This document shows positions 12,601 through 25,688 of a DNA stretch of 64,000 bases, in pieces (position 1 is the stretch's first letter; each line of letters begins with the position of its first letter). Source of the stretch: Callorhinchus milii. Its lineage: Eukaryota. The translations under genes were made by a program, and so were the position numbers. The stretch is taken from contig NW_024704742.1 in NCBI RefSeq assembly GCF_018977255.1, positions 11,348,001 through 11,412,000 on the forward strand. Reading direction: 5' to 3'. The notes under the pieces are model-generated. The model saw only the letters and a program-made list of their open reading frames with translations. It was not told the origin of the DNA and searched no databases.

Positions 12601-12700
12601 TCGCTCCAACAGTTCAGACAGCTTACCTCAGCCGCTCCTTTTATGCTGATCGCTTGGCCCAGGCTCTGCCTCCGCTCTGTCCTGATTGCTCTCCCCGAGT
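9626..12700 (-). mobile_element. CR1-clade LINE spanning 5'UTR, ORF1, ORF2 and 3'UTR; internally deleted and frameshifted
   Basis: (TTCTATGA)n-type tail at 9626-9652; RT motifs [36 protein letters not shown] motifs NARSL, VTETWL, MGDFNYP; ORF1 esterase upstream. Confidence 0.95.
11397..12445 (-). pseudogene. CR1 ORF1p: CxxC..CxxC zinc motif, coiled coil and SGNH/GDSL-like esterase (frameshifted)
   Basis: QVKCEDCDMW...FICSKCLQLRKLQLRVAELE, then VVIGDTTVRG, CLPGA, VVVQMGIHDI, DGLH; the layout of esterase-bearing CR1 ORF1. Confidence 0.9.
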
Positions 12701-12724
12701 GACGATAGCTTGGAGCAGATCTAA

Positions 12725-12865
12725 AGGGGAGTTTAAGAGGATTTTTTTAACATAGAGGGTGGTGAGAATGTCCAACAAATTGCTGAAAGGTATTGTTGAA
12801 GCAAAAAGCATCAATGTATTTAAGAGGAAACTCGATGCACGCACAAAAGAGAGGATATTAGGCTC
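12725..12865 (+). mobile_element. CR1 ORF2 C-terminal fragment (degenerate)
   Basis: Reads RIFLT.RVVRM...VEAKSINVFKRKLD, the CR1 C-terminal signature. Confidence 0.7.
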
Positions 12866-13134
12866 AGTGATGGCCTTTTTTTCTATTGGAATTCCCTCTC
12901 TGGCATCTAAAATAAACCCGCAGAATGCTGCTACTCTATAACAGGATGATCAGCCAGTGTCTTAAAGAGAGAGATAAGTTATGTCCCTCACTCAGAACTT
13001 TGAGGAGCCCCTATTAGAGGATGTCTTATAGATGGGGCATGTCAAGAGACAGAAAGTCTTGCATTCACCAAAAGAGGGCCATTAACAGATTCTACAATAT
13101 GCTTAGTAATAGCTCTCAGATAAAATGTACAGTT

Positions 13135-13304
13135 AATAACAATAATAATAATTTATATAGCAGTTTATCACGTTGTTGAGGCATCTCAAAGTGCTTCAAA
13201 GGATATACTATAAAGTGCAGTGACTGTGTATTTGGGGGCATAACATGGCAGCCAATTGCACACAGCTATGTCCCACAAGCAGTCGTGGAGTGAGCAACCA
13301 ATTT
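13135..13304 (-). mobile_element. tRNA-Ala SINE 3' fragment
   Basis: Tail and body match the family. Confidence 0.8.
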
Positions 13305-14703
13305 TATTCGAGATGAGGGGGTAATGTTCTATTTTGGTTCCCCTTTGAAAAGAAGTGGAGAGAGAATACCCAGGGGTGAAGTGAGAAAACGCTATCGAAG
13401 CGCTAAATCTTCAAGCGGGATTTGTAACTAGAACGGGTTGCCAGGAATGGTGGAAGAGGCCAGCACACGATACTCATTTAAAAAGCATCCTGATGGTGGG
13501 GGGGTGGGGGAGCGATAGGGTGTATGTTCTGGAGATCAGCTGGGCCAAAAGGCCTTCTTCATTCAGTCCAATCTTGTGATTTGAAAGCAAGGGGTAGCGA
13601 GGAGTGGTTTAAGGAGAGAATGCAGAAGGCCAAGAAAAATTATATTTAATAAGAAGTGTCCTTGTATTTGATATGGTGCCTTGAATGTTGGATGTATCAG
13701 TGCATTCACAAAGTTTCTGTGAAGTTTAGTGACTGAGTATTTGTGTGTTATAGACAGGGCCAATAGAAAATTGCGGAAATATTTGCCAAAAAATGCAGGG
13801 AAATTTGGCAATATTTGTGGGAAACTGATTGGTACTATTGAGTTACATTTTACTGCCAACCTATAGTTTTTCACGTTATTAATAAAGACTAAAAATGAAG
13901 AAATACCGCTGTTTATAGTGGATTCCACAAGCCATTGGGCACTGTTCTATTGGCCCAGGTCAAAGATCTTCAAAACCAATATTCTCACATCATGAAACAT
14001 GGAGGTCAGAGGGAGGGAGGGCAAACATTTTTTATTACAAAATCAGATCTCGGTGTCCAATTCATAGTTTAGAAAAATCCTAACAATCCAGTTCAAAGCT
14101 GAGCAGTCTGCACAATACTTAGTATCCACACCCATAATTGGTGGAAAACCGACTTCCCCTATATTGCTGGGATTGCCCTTTTTGATTTTGGGATGTTAAG
14201 CCTGAAAATTGTATCTAAATTAATTTCCTGGCAAGCAACAGTGTTTGGGACTAATTGGCCATTCACTTCATATTCATTTGTGTTTACATTGCTGGTGTAA
14301 AGAGGCAGTCACCATACTTGACAGTAAGTACCTGTGAAGTACGTTCAGATGCTTTGACAAGATGAGGCACAATAAGTGTCTGTTTCCTTTCCTTATATTT
14401 CTATTGTTCTTCCCAGTTCTGCTTTAGAGCTGTAAATCCTTTAAACTGCGCACTTGTTTTTTGAGGTGTTGAGCGTTGGAGGAAGATTTGGGAGCAGTTT
14501 TCCAGATTTCTTTGATGAGAATGAAGTACCTGGTGGGGAAGCTTCAAGAGAGCAAAAGAATGAAGTTATGCTGTGAAAGGTTCTTCAAAACGTATTCTAC
14601 TGTTTATTAATGTGTGTGCAAAGCTTAACTTGCCCTATTTATTATGAAACCTGACTGTAGATCAAGATTGTTAAAGATGAGTGCGAAACACTTACTTTAT
14701 ATT

Positions 14704-14980
14704 TATTATCCTTCCACTTGATAGTGTCTTATTACGTCAATGAGACGTCTCAAGTTGGTCTCACAGGATAAACTGTAAAGTGGATTGAGCTTTTTATTTT
14801 GTGGATGAAACATGGAAGCTAATTGCACACTGTCAAGGAGTGAGTAAGTATTTTTACTTGGGGATTGTTGGCCAGGACACTGGGAGAAGCTCCCTTCTCA
14901 TATTGAATAGTGCCATGGGATCTTTAACATCCACCTGAACAGGCAGATAGGACCTGGGTTTAATGTCTCATCCGAAGGAC
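14704..14980 (-). mobile_element. Deu-domain SINE remnant
   Basis: SINE tail followed by gaatagtgccatgggatctttaacatccacctgaacaggcaga...gtttaatgtctcatccgaaggac. Confidence 0.8.
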
Positions 14981-15139
14981 ATTAATTTAAGTACCAATAT
15001 AATTGATATTTTGCCAATGCCAGCTTTTTCGCTGCAAAATTCAGGAATCTAGTTTTTTTTAAAAAATTTGCAGCAGTCGATTGCTGCACAAGTATCATGC
15101 CTGTCCTGAAGATTACGTGTTGCATTGTGCATTGTAAAA

Positions 15140-15370
15140 TAACAACAAAATTACATTTGTAAAGTGCCTTTCATGTAGGAGGACATCCCAAGGCGCTGAA
15201 CAGTCAGGGATCAGGACCCGAGCGTGTGGGGCAGAGTTGGGATAAGGGAGGGCAGAGAGGGCGGCTGAAGACACGGTTGAAAAGGAGGGTCTTGAGTCTT
15301 GTCTTGAAGGAGGCAAGGCAAAGAGATTGTGGGGTGAAGTTCCAAAGGCTGGGGGAAGAGAGACTGAAAA
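15140..15370 (-). mobile_element. L2 3' fragment
   Basis: LWNFTPQSL...FKTRLKTLLF remnant and (CAA)n tail. Confidence 0.85.
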
Positions 15371-15799
15371 CATCACAGTTTGAACATGCTGGCATTTTGT
15401 AGTTTTTGTAGCTTCAGGGGGAGAGGGAGGGGGTTTCAGGGTGGATGGAGAGAGACGGGTACGATTTTGAAGCACAAGGATATTAACCAGAACTTATTAG
15501 TTATAAGTAAATGAGAAGGAAACGAGAAAGTGTGTTCATTTTTATAGCACATTTATCACTTTGATTGCCTCAAAGTCTTCCAAGAATGGTGGCAAATTTT
15601 GTAGGCAAATGTGTCAGCCTTTTTTTTTTGCCCAGCAAGGTTGTAAAAGAAATATTGTCTGTGAAGAACAGGTAGGCAGTTATTCATTTAATTAAAAAAA
15701 TCCTCTGAAGGCCCTCTCCTCTGACAATGCAGCTCTCCCCTAGAGTTATCAATGTGGACTGTTAGCTCAAGTCCCAGCAGAACCTTCTCATTAATTTTC

Positions 15800-15903
15800 C
15801 CCACAAAGTACAGTCAATTCACTTTACAGTATATTCTGTGAAGCGCTTTGAGATGTCTCGAAGACGTGATAAGGTGCTATATCGAATGCAAGGATTATGA
15901 TTA
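15800..15903 (+). mobile_element. tRNA-Ala SINE 3' stub inside a Deu-SINE remnant (15715-15944, - strand)
   Basis: Family tail; flanks read gaaccttct... / ...tcagaggtgagagtgc, the host head split in two. Confidence 0.75.
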
Positions 15904-16759
15904 GTCAGAGGTGAGAGTGCGTCTGATTGAGGCAAGCTGGCACCTTTTGCAAATATAAGATGCCATGCTTTATCTTCTGGAGCGCAAGCTTCATGTCAAC
16001 CCAGGCAACTGCTCAATTTCATTAATTCCTGCTCCCAGCTTTTGCTTCCTCTTCATTTTTCGGTGACCTCAAAAATCGTGAATCTCTAATCTCCTTCACT
16101 TGAGCATTCCTTCTACAATTCAAACACTTTTCAAAACCTAAGTCTGGTGTTCTCTAAAGGGGACTATTTTATTGGATTCATCTCCCCCTCTTTCTCTGTG
16201 TTGGTGGTTGACCTGTACTATGAGCCTTGTCCTTTCACCTGGTTTCTCAATCCTTTTTACTAAAGAAAAGGGTTTTGGCAAATTCTGTCGAATTGGATGA
16301 ACTTTTGTGCAGCAACATTGTTTTGACAGTTCCTTTTTAGTCACATTTTACAAATCCTTTCAAGGATTTTCACTCTCAATGTGTAAATTTGACAGTGATT
16401 TCACAGAGGAAGATTGCAAATCACAGGCCTATAGTCTGAGGGTATTGAAGTGCCACAGACAGATCAGCAGGATGAAGCCAATGTTCAGCTTTGGCACACA
16501 TACAACAACAACTTGCATTTATATAGAGCCCTTCACGTGGGGTAGCGTCCCAGAGCGCTTCACATATGAGCTTGGGGAAGGGCTGGTTCTCTTAAAGTAT
16601 ATTTTCCTAAAGGAGTCCTGGAGCTGTGCCAGGTCTGCTTATTCCAATAGAATTGGAAGAAGATCAAGCTTCTTTCAGTGTTCTGGTATACTTGGTGTAT
16701 GGCTGGCTGAGTGGGAGGTTAATTTTTATAGCAATGACACAGGGACAGAATGAGAAGTT

Positions 16760-17561
16760 AACAACAACAACAAGATTGCATTTGTACAGCGCCTTTCACG
16801 TCGGGAGGACGTCCCAAGGCGCTGGACAGTGTACAGCATTTCAGACCTGAGCTGGGGTCAGGGAGGGGAGGGCAAGTGGGGTGGTCGATGGCATGATCGA
16901 AGAGGAAGGTCTTGAGGGAGGCTAAGGAGGGGGCAGGCGGAGTGACTGGGGGATGGAATTCCAGAGGTTGGGGGCAGAGTGGCTGAAGGCTTTCCCGCCA
17001 ATGGTGGGGCGGGTGGGTTGGGGACGTGGAGCAGGCCGGAGCCAGCTGAGCGGAGGGAGCGGGCGGGTTGGTAGGGGGTTAGGACGTCGCAGAGATAGGG
17101 TGGGGCGAGGCCATGGAGGGCTTTGTAGGTGAGGACCAGGATCTTGAACTGGATCCTCTGAAGGATAGGGAGCCAATGGAGTCGGGCGAGAATGGGGGAG
17201 ATGGGGTCACGGAGTTTGGTGTGGGAGAGGACACGGGCTGCAGAGTTCTGGATTATCTGCAGCCTGTGGAGGGAGGAGTTGGGAAGGCCGACAAGCAGGG
17301 AGTTTGCATAGTCGAGCCTGGAGGTGATGAAGGCATGAACAAGAGTTTCAGCGGCCTGAGGGGTGAGGTAGTGGTGGAGTTCGGCGATGTTACGGAAGGC
17401 AGAAGCGGGTCATGGCTTGGGTGTGGGGAAGAAAAGACAGTTGAGGATTGAATAAGACACCGAGGTTCCTGACTGGCTTGGTGAGTGGTAGTGAGCAACC
17501 ATGGAGGTTGACGCTACCAAAGCCTGAGGTGCTGAGGTGCTGGTGCGAGCCAATCAGAAGG
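16760..17561 (-). mobile_element. L2 3' fragment (about 0.8 kb)
   Basis: LLIGSHQHL...VRNLGVLFNPQLSF...GGKAFSHSAPNLWNSIP and (CAA)n tail. Confidence 0.93.
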
Positions 17562-18604
17562 TTAAAAATTAGGTTTGGAAGCATTTTTTATTTAGAAATT
17601 ATTTAGTGGAGGCCAAAATGAGCAATGCGTTTTCTAGATTAGGCACCAGCGTGAGACGATTGTTATGGATGAATCCTGATGGTTTGCAACAAAAGCCCAT
17701 CGCTAAAATCATTCCTTATGTTATGTTACCTTTTTTCTTGATTGTAATTTCTATTGAATGTTTATAATCTGTTTCTCATCCCTGTGATAATAGCACTATC
17801 TGCAAGCTAGTTTAAGATGACACCTGGGTTGCCATGACATTTTTTTCCACAAAGAATTGAGTAAATTATGCAGTCGAGTGCTCAGAGGTGCCACTGGTTC
17901 CCTTCCCCCTCCCCAGATGTCTTTATCCATTGCTTCTAATGAGGATGATGTCATGTGAGGTGGGGTGACCTTAAAGAACTGTATTCACAGTGCTGTAATT
18001 TGCCCAACTGTTTTTAAAGACTAAAACTGTTACAGCAACCCAGGTTATCTCAGTGTAGGTTCTCATTAATGTAACAAGACTGCTGAGAAGTTGAGGTAAC
18101 ACGAACACGGTAAACGATGAAAGGAACAAGTTCACTGCTATGGTTTCTACTGCTTTAATTCTCACACGGGGAAAATGTCCCATTTTATGTTTTTTGATTA
18201 ATTCGCGAATGTCTTATGATTTGGAATGGTCGGCTTTGAAAGAATCCAAGTTCAGGCTGCAAAATTGGCAGCAATTTTGTTACAATTATTTCTGCAGCGT
18301 TCGCTGTGCATTAAATCATGTTTAGCACTGAATTTTTTTAAAAACATGATTATTGTTTTGTGACCTCAGCTACAGTAGTGCATGTGGTACGGTACACACA
18401 TGGTACACACATTAAGTATGGTGCTTAATGAATAGCATTGTTTGAATGGAGTAAATTTTCTGTATTTGTAGACAGAGGCAGAGTTTGTTGCTTGCTGGGG
18501 TTGGAGTGGGAGCGCTATCTGCTTGGCTTTGATTATTGACAAACCTATAACTGCTATGGCAAGTGTTCAATAGTCTGACTCATTGCTCAGTGACTAGGGA
18601 TAGT

Positions 18605-18607
<3 letters not shown>

Positions 18608-18636
<29 letters not shown>
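18608..18636. repeat. (CA)n microsatellite
   Basis: About 14 perfect CA units. Confidence 0.95.
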
Positions 18637-18638
<2 letters not shown>

Positions 18639-18969
18639 GGTCGAGAGTTATCAGAATTAATTACCAGGATAGATTGCTTTCAATACACAATGCAGCTATT
18701 CATAAATAAACTGTATTCTCGCACGTAATTTCTGTTGTTCTACTTGAAACTGTGACAGACAAAAACACAGTGTGGTGTTTTCGTGACTTTAAATAGTTAT
18801 GGTTGAAACTGAGATTTGAAATGTAAAGATTTGACTTGTTGTTCTGCCTTTATTGTTGAGCTACACATGATGTGTCTAAATGGAAGTCACTGCTCAAATT
18901 TTGGGGTGGAGATGGTTGTCCCAACTTGGCTCCCTTCTTGAATACATTCCAGCAGCTTCCCACTTTGAT

Positions 18970-19316
18970 GATGATAATAATCTTAATAATCCTTGTATTT
19001 GATATAGAGCCGTATCACGTCTTTGAGACGTCTCACAGCGCTTCACACAATATACTGTAAAGTGAATTGACTATTTATTTGGTGGGCGAATCGCACAGCC
19101 AATTGCAAACAGCAGTGTCCCACAAACAGTTTGTGGATTGAGTGACTAAATTATTTTTTTTTGAAGGGATTACTACCTCTGGAAAAAGCCATCCACCAAT
19201 CAACTAACAACCGTGTTCCTACCGCTAGGTAAACATAGGCTTGTGGAGTAAGGAAACTTACCCAACATTTCACCCTAATGGGAATCGAACCCAAGTCCTC
19301 TCGCTTGCGAGATGAG
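18970..19316 (-). mobile_element. tRNA-Ala SINE, long subfamily, missing the first ~30 nt
   Basis: Tail, body and central segment; stops after ctcgcttgcgag. Confidence 0.9.
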
Positions 19317-20336
19317 ATTTTTCGATGCAACCACAACATCCTCCTATAGGTTCTGAGGTCCAATTTCTAAGTAAAGGGAAAGCACAGCCTCAAGTCAGAA
19401 GAGTTGGAAAGTTGCTGATCAGATGGTTCTAATTTCCATGAATTGTACTATTTTACTTGCAATATTGGTGCGAGTGCAATATTGACTGAACCATCCCGTG
19501 AGTTCAGGCTGGTTGCATAGTTAAGAGAATGGAAGGATTGCTAATGTAGACATATAAGGTTTAAGAAGTCAGCTATTAATATAGTGTCTTCCATGAAAAA
19601 TAACCTTCTCAAACTGCTTTACAGAATGATATTAATTGGAAATGAAGTGAATGTTCTGTAGGCGAACAAAGCAACTTATTTGTGTTAAAAATATTTTTTT
19701 TACAATGTATTTGGGTGAATGTGTATCAGGAGAACATGTAAAACAGGAGTCTGTTTGCTTGAGTCAGAATTGCATAATAGGGTAACCCGTGGGAATTGGT
19801 GTCAATCGCTCTGTTTGGAAAGTGGTCTGACCCAGGACAACATAAGTGACTGATGCAAGACTTTGAATTCACCACAGCAAGTTGTATTCCTTGTTGTCTC
19901 TCGATTTCCAGGAACAGTTTGAATAGAATTCTTAATGTTGATTGTATATAGTCATTTCAAGCTTGAAACGCTCCAGAACGCTACCCCGCGTAAAGGGCGT
20001 TATATAAATAAATGCAAGTTGTGATTTCCAAAAATCATCGAGTCAAAATTGTAACAGGGAACCATATGATTAGAAAGCTGATTGTTTTATGCCATGCCTT
20101 CCATCTTAAATTGTGGATTTTTCTTTTTGCAATTGTGCTGATTTACCTGTTCCCTTAGCATTCTCTCCCCATTTCTCTTGAAGGCATTGATGTATGCTTG
20201 GCATTTTTGTAAAGCCTATTCTCTTGATACTTCACTCAAGTGGCCATTTTTCATGTGTTAGGCTGAACAGTGATGGTTGGCAGGCTATTAGACAGTGGAG
20301 GGCATTGCAACCAAGCACAATCTTGATCTTGTCTAA

Positions 20337-20718
20337 AATATAATAATAATAATAATAATAATCCTTACATTTTATATAGCACCTTACCATGTCATTGAGA
20401 CGTCTCAAAGCGCTTCACAGAATATACTGTAAAGTGAATTCACTGTATATTTTGTGGGCAAAATGTGGCAGCCAATTGCGCATAGCAGTGTCCCACAAAC
20501 ATCGTGGATTAGTGACCAAATTATTATTATTTGTTAAGGGATTATTACCCCCAGAAAAGCGATCCATCAATCGACTAACAACCAGGTTCCTACTTACTGC
20601 TAGGTAAAGAGAGGCGTGTGGAGTAAGAAACTTGTCCAATGTTTCACTCTGCCCGGGAATCGAATACAGGTATCTCGCTTGCGAGACGAGTGCTCTAACC
20701 ATTGAGCTACAGGGCTCC
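20337..20718 (-). mobile_element. tRNA-Ala SINE, full length, long subfamily
   Basis: (TAA)n tail through to gagctacagggctcc. Confidence 0.93.
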
Positions 20719-20837
20719 TTATGTATAATAATATGTACACAAACAATGATTTTTGATTTTTAAAAATAGTTTTATCTTTCCTATCACTGAGGACTGAGCA
20801 CTGAGGCCAACTGTAACTGCCACGCTGGCTGTGATCA

Positions 20838-21067
20838 ACCATCTGCCTTCAGCCACTATGCCCCGAAGCTCTGGAACTCCTTTCCTCACTCTCTTCCACT
20901 CTTTCTATTTTCAGGTCTCGGCTGAAAACCTTTCTTTTCGACCGCGCCTTTCGTCACCTTCTACCCCCTCCCCCTGGCTCGGCCCTGGGATCCGTTACTG
21001 TGAAGCGCTCTGAGACGCCATCCAGCGTGGAGGGCACTATATAAATCCAAGTTGTTGTTGTTGTTGC
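20838..21067 (+). mobile_element. L2 3' fragment
   Basis: gccttcagccactatgccccgaagctctggaac...(GTT)n; same tail type as the element ending at 37744. Confidence 0.88.
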
Positions 21068-22217
21068 TATCTGTATCTTTGAATGGGCCAGGGATTGAAT
21101 CTAGAGACTTACTGATCTTTCTATCTGTTCCACACAAGGCATTTTTTCCAATTGAGTCATTAGGGGAACTGACTTCTGTGTCCCTGAAACTCAAACCTGT
21201 ACCCTGTTGCCTTTAATGTGAGGCGACAAAGAGCTAGTACTATCTCCTCCATGATCCCAGTGATCCAAGATCTGTATACTAGTGTCAAGCTGCACACACA
21301 AGTTCAAGTAAATCTTTCTGTTCAGTGAATATGGAGCCGCATTCTACAACACCTACACTTGTCACATTTATTCCCATTGACTGGATAAATGTAGCTGGAA
21401 ATGCCCGTCAAGGCAGGAAAGTTGTAGTATGTTAATTGTAATGGTTTGGTAGATATTAAATTGTCCCATTTATTAACCCAAATTTCTTTGATAAATGGAT
21501 CAGGAAAATTTCAGAGCCGCCTTAAAAATACATTTGCTATCAACTTGTGTCTGACAGTGTTTCCCATTTAGTTATTCACTAATTTGTTCAGAATCTTAAT
21601 GTTTTACGTTACAGAAACAAAATGTACTCAGAAATATTGCAGTCAGGATCAGTGGTTTTTCCCTTTTTAGTATGAGTAGTTTACAAATGTTGTTGAATAC
21701 ATTTGGCAGAGTTGCCTTTTCCTAGGGATGTATTTTCACCTAAGAAATACACAATAACTACACTTCACAATGCATCTTGAAAAGTGCTTGTGATGTCCCA
21801 CTAATGTGAAAGGCACAAGATCAAATGCGAGGAATGTAGGATTATTATGGAGTGTTTTGGTGCACCACTCATGAAATCAACTGGGAAACGTTTATTATCA
21901 TCCCTATGGTTCAATGTTACAAAGGGTAGGGGGAATGGAATTCCTCTTGCTGTTCGCTGAGGTTATTTTGGTGCTGTGCGCTTAGTCGAGTTTTGCATTA
22001 AGAGCAGATGTCGTCAGTTACTCCAAAGCACTTTGAGGAATTTTCGCCCTTGGCATCTAAATGTCACATTGTGTAGAAAAATTACTGAACTTTTTTCTTC
22101 TTGCAGGTATTAGTGTTAACATATCACTTAATTTGCCAACTCTTGTCCTATTTATCCAGTTTGTGTAAGAGTAAATCTGCTAATCAGGTTAAGCCTTTTA
22201 ATGTTAAGCTTTCAATT

Positions 22218-24974
22218 TACACCACTTGCCCTATCCCCCTACTCCTCTGGCTCTTTCCCCTCTTTCGAGCACCTCACCCTTTCCCACCCCTCCTTCCTCT
22301 CACTCAAAATCCTCCTCCACTTCCGGCCCCCTAAAACCTCTCCCACCTTCATCTCCGATATTTCGACACTACTTACATCTCTCTGCCTCTGCTCTGATCG
22401 CCTCATCATCCTGGGCGACTTCAACCTGCACTTCACCCCCTCCTGCTCCATCTCCTCGGACTTCTCTTCCCTGCTCTCCTCGCTCAACCACTCCCTCCAC
22501 ATCAACTCCGCCACTCACAGTCATGGCCACCCACTCGATTTGGTGATCACCCGGGGCCTCAGTGTCTCGGATGTCACCATTACCGACAAGGCCGTCTCCG
22601 ATCACCAATTCATCTCCTTCACCACCTCCACCCCCCTCCCCACCTCCACCAGACCCACCACCATCTTCTACCGCCCCTGGAAGAAGTTAACCCACAATCC
22701 GTAACCGCTGCCTTGGAGTCCTCTGAACTCCTCTCCCTCTGGCCTTCAACCCTCACTGACCCCTCTTCTCCTCTCACCCTCCTTCAAAACACCATCTCCT
22801 CCACAATCAACACTCTTGCCCCCATCACCTCCCGTACTGTCTCCTACTCTCGCTCCTCCCCCTGGTTCACCACCCACCTCCGCTCACTGAAAAGCCAGGT
22901 GCGGGCTGCTGAACGCACCTGCGTCAAATCTGGCCTAACGGTCCACCGACAAATCTGGCTGGACCTCCTCAAAATCTACCGCTCCACTCTAGCCTCGGCC
23001 AAGTCGTCCTTCTATTCCAGGATAATCCTGGAGGCGAAGAACAACCCCAGGCTTCTGTTTCCTACCACATCCCGACTCCTCCGTCCCCCCCACCATCCCG
23101 CGCAGGTCATCTCCTCCAACCTTCACTGCGAGGAGATGCTGGATTTCTTTGAATCCAAAATCAAGGGAATCCGCTCCGCGGTCACTCCCCCTCCAACTTC
23201 CACCCACCCCCCACCCCCTCCCTCCCACACTCCGACTCCTACCCATCCTCCCTTACACACCTTCGTACCCGTTTCCCCACCCTCTGTCACCAAACTCATC
23301 CTGTCCCTGAAACCCACCACCTGCTCCCTTGACCCCATCCTCACTCCACTCCTTATCTCTCAGCTCCACCCCCTTGCCCCACATATCACAGACATCATCA
23401 ACCTGTCCCTCTCCTCTGGCTCTGTTCCCATTCCCCTAAAAACTGCCATCATCACTCCCACTTTGAAAAAACCCTCCCTTGATGCGTCGCAGCTATCAAG
23501 CTACCGGCCCATCTCCAACCTCCCCTTCCTGTCCAAGGTCCTTGAAAGCGTTGTCGCCTCCCAGCTGCGCTCTTTCCTCTCCACCCATTCATTATTCGAA
23601 CCCCTTCAGTCGGGTTTCCGTGCTGCCCATAGCACAGAAACCGCCCTGGTCAAGGTCACCAATGACATCCTGACCATCTGCGACCAGGGCTCCCTCTGCC
23701 TCCTCGTCCTCCTCGACCTATCGGCAGCATTCGATACGGTCGACCATGCTATCCTCCTCCACCGCTTGTCCTCCCACCTCAACCTTCAAGGCCCTGTCCT
23801 TGAATGGTTTAGGTCGTACCTCTCCCACCGTCTTCATTTTGTTTCCACAAACGGCTTTTCCTCCACCCCCGCACTGTCTCGTGCGGTGTCCCTCAGGGCT
23901 CTGTCCTCGGTCCCCTCCTCTTCACCCTCTATATGCTCCCCCTTGGTGACATCATCCGCAGACATGGGGTTAACTTCCACATGTATGCGGATGACACCCA
24001 ACTCTACCTTTCCTCCTCTACCCTCAACTCCACGACCACCGATGTCCTGACAGCTGCCTGTCCGACATCGAGTCCTGGACGAGAGACAACTTTCTTCAGC
24101 TCAACGTGCGCAAAACTGAGGCCCTCCTGATTGGCTCACGTCAGCGCCTCCGCACCTCAGGCGCTGACAGCATCAGCATCCAAGGCTGCACTCTCCACCT
24201 CTCAAAGCCAGTCAGGAACCTCGGGTTCTGTTCGACCCTGAGCTGTCCTTTCTCCCTCATATCCGCGCCACAACTGGCACCGCGTTCCATCACCTCCGGA
24301 ACATCGCCAGACTACGGCACTACCTCACCCCTCACGCTGCTGAAACTCTGGTCTACGCCTTTATCACCTCAAGGCTGGACTATGGGAACTCTCTCCTCGC
24401 CGGCCTTCCCGCCACCTCCCTCCACAACCTGCAGGTCATTCGGAACTCTGCAGCTCGTGTACTGTCCCGCACCAGACTTCGGGACCACATCACTCCCACC
24501 CTCGCTCGCCTCCAGTGGCTTCCCATCCCCCAGAGGATCGAATTCAAGGTCCTCATCCTCACCTACAAGGCCATTCACGGCCTTGCTCCCTCCTACCTCT
24601 CCGACCTACTATCCCCCTATCTACCTGCCCGTACCCTCCGTTCCTCTGGCTCCGGTCTGCTCCACATGCCCCACCCCACCGGCCCTACTATCGATGGCCG
24701 AGCCTTCAGCCTCTCAGCCCCGAGGCTCTGGAACTCTATCCCCCAGTGCCTTCGCCGCCTCCTCCCTTTCCTCCTTCAAGGCCGGTCTCAAGACCTTTCT
24801 CTTTGACCGTGCCTTCAGCTCCCCTCTCAACTCTCTACCCCCTCCTCGCCCCCTCCCTTCCCTCCCCTCACCCTGACTATTTCCCCATGGCTCGGGTCCT
24901 GACCCAACTGTCCAGCGCTTTGGGACGTCCTCCCGACGTGAAAGGCGCTCTATAAATGGAATCTTGTTGTTGTT
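22218..24974 (+). mobile_element. L2-clade LINE, 5'-truncated ORF2 (APE C-terminus plus RT), frameshifted
   Basis: [70 protein letters not shown]; (GTT)n tail; candidate TSD ttcaatt at 22211-22217 / 24973-24979. Confidence 0.97.
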
Positions 24975-25075
24975 CAATTCAATGAAAGATATTGGCTGAG
25001 TGAAAGAGCTGCAAGTGGTGTTGCTCTGTTCTTTATCCAGATCCAGATATTTGGAGAGAGTTAATATATACTTAT

Positions 25076-25291
25076 TCATTGAATCATAGAATTATACAGC
25101 ACAGAATAAGGCCATTCGGCCCATCGTATCTGTGCCGGCTCTTTGAAAAGAGCTATCCAAATGAATCCCACTCCCCCCGCTCTTTCCGCATAGCCCTGCA
25201 AACGTGTCCTCCCCAAATAATTATCTTCTCTCTTAAAAGTTCTTATTGAATCAGCTTCCACCACCCTTTCAGGCAATGTATTCCAGGTCCA
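25076..25291 (-). mobile_element. CR1 3' stub
   Basis: WNTLPERVVEADSI..FKRE and the same 3'UTR as the element at 9626. Confidence 0.9.
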
Positions 25292-25688
25292 TTTCAGATC
25301 CATTGCATTCCAAAACAAATAGTTTGGATCTGGATTCTAATCCTTCAGATTATTGCTGCTTGTCTATGCAGGAAGACCTATTTAATAGGATTTTGCAGTT
25401 CCTTATGCAATTTAAGTTGTTGGATATGGGGGAGGGGAAGAAATATTTGCCAATAACCTTCAATAAAAATCAAGATATTCTTTCATCCATGAGGCGTCTT
25501 CTTTGCTGAGTTGGTAGCACTTTTACCTCTGGATCAAGGGTTGAGGACGAACGTCCCATATTGAGATTTTAGGATGACACTCGGCACAGAATCGAAGTAT
25601 GTCTCCTGGTGATCAAATGATCATTAGAGATCCCGTGAGACTATTCAGAACGAGACCAATCCTTCAGATTAATTGACCTCACGGTTTA

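Larger units (their letters stand above)
20150..21166 (-). mobile_element. Ancient SINE-like repeat (family 2) split by two younger insertions
   Basis: Pieces at 20150-20335, about 20790-20837 and 21067-21166 are colinear with the copy at 4765-5130. Confidence 0.55.

Noticed and set aside
17826..17840. RFX X-box-like gttgccatgac
   Set aside because: Partial match, no promoter context; expected by chance.
22090..22115. Acceptor-like ttttttcttcttgcAG, and similar sites near 7605, 9206 and 43293
   Set aside because: No matching donor or plausible reading frame; cannot be supported without RNA data.
22713..24050. 445-aa ORF as a functional reverse transcriptase or host gene
   Set aside because: L2 ORF2 piece; frameshifts before the QG and YADD motifs, and the element is 5'-truncated.
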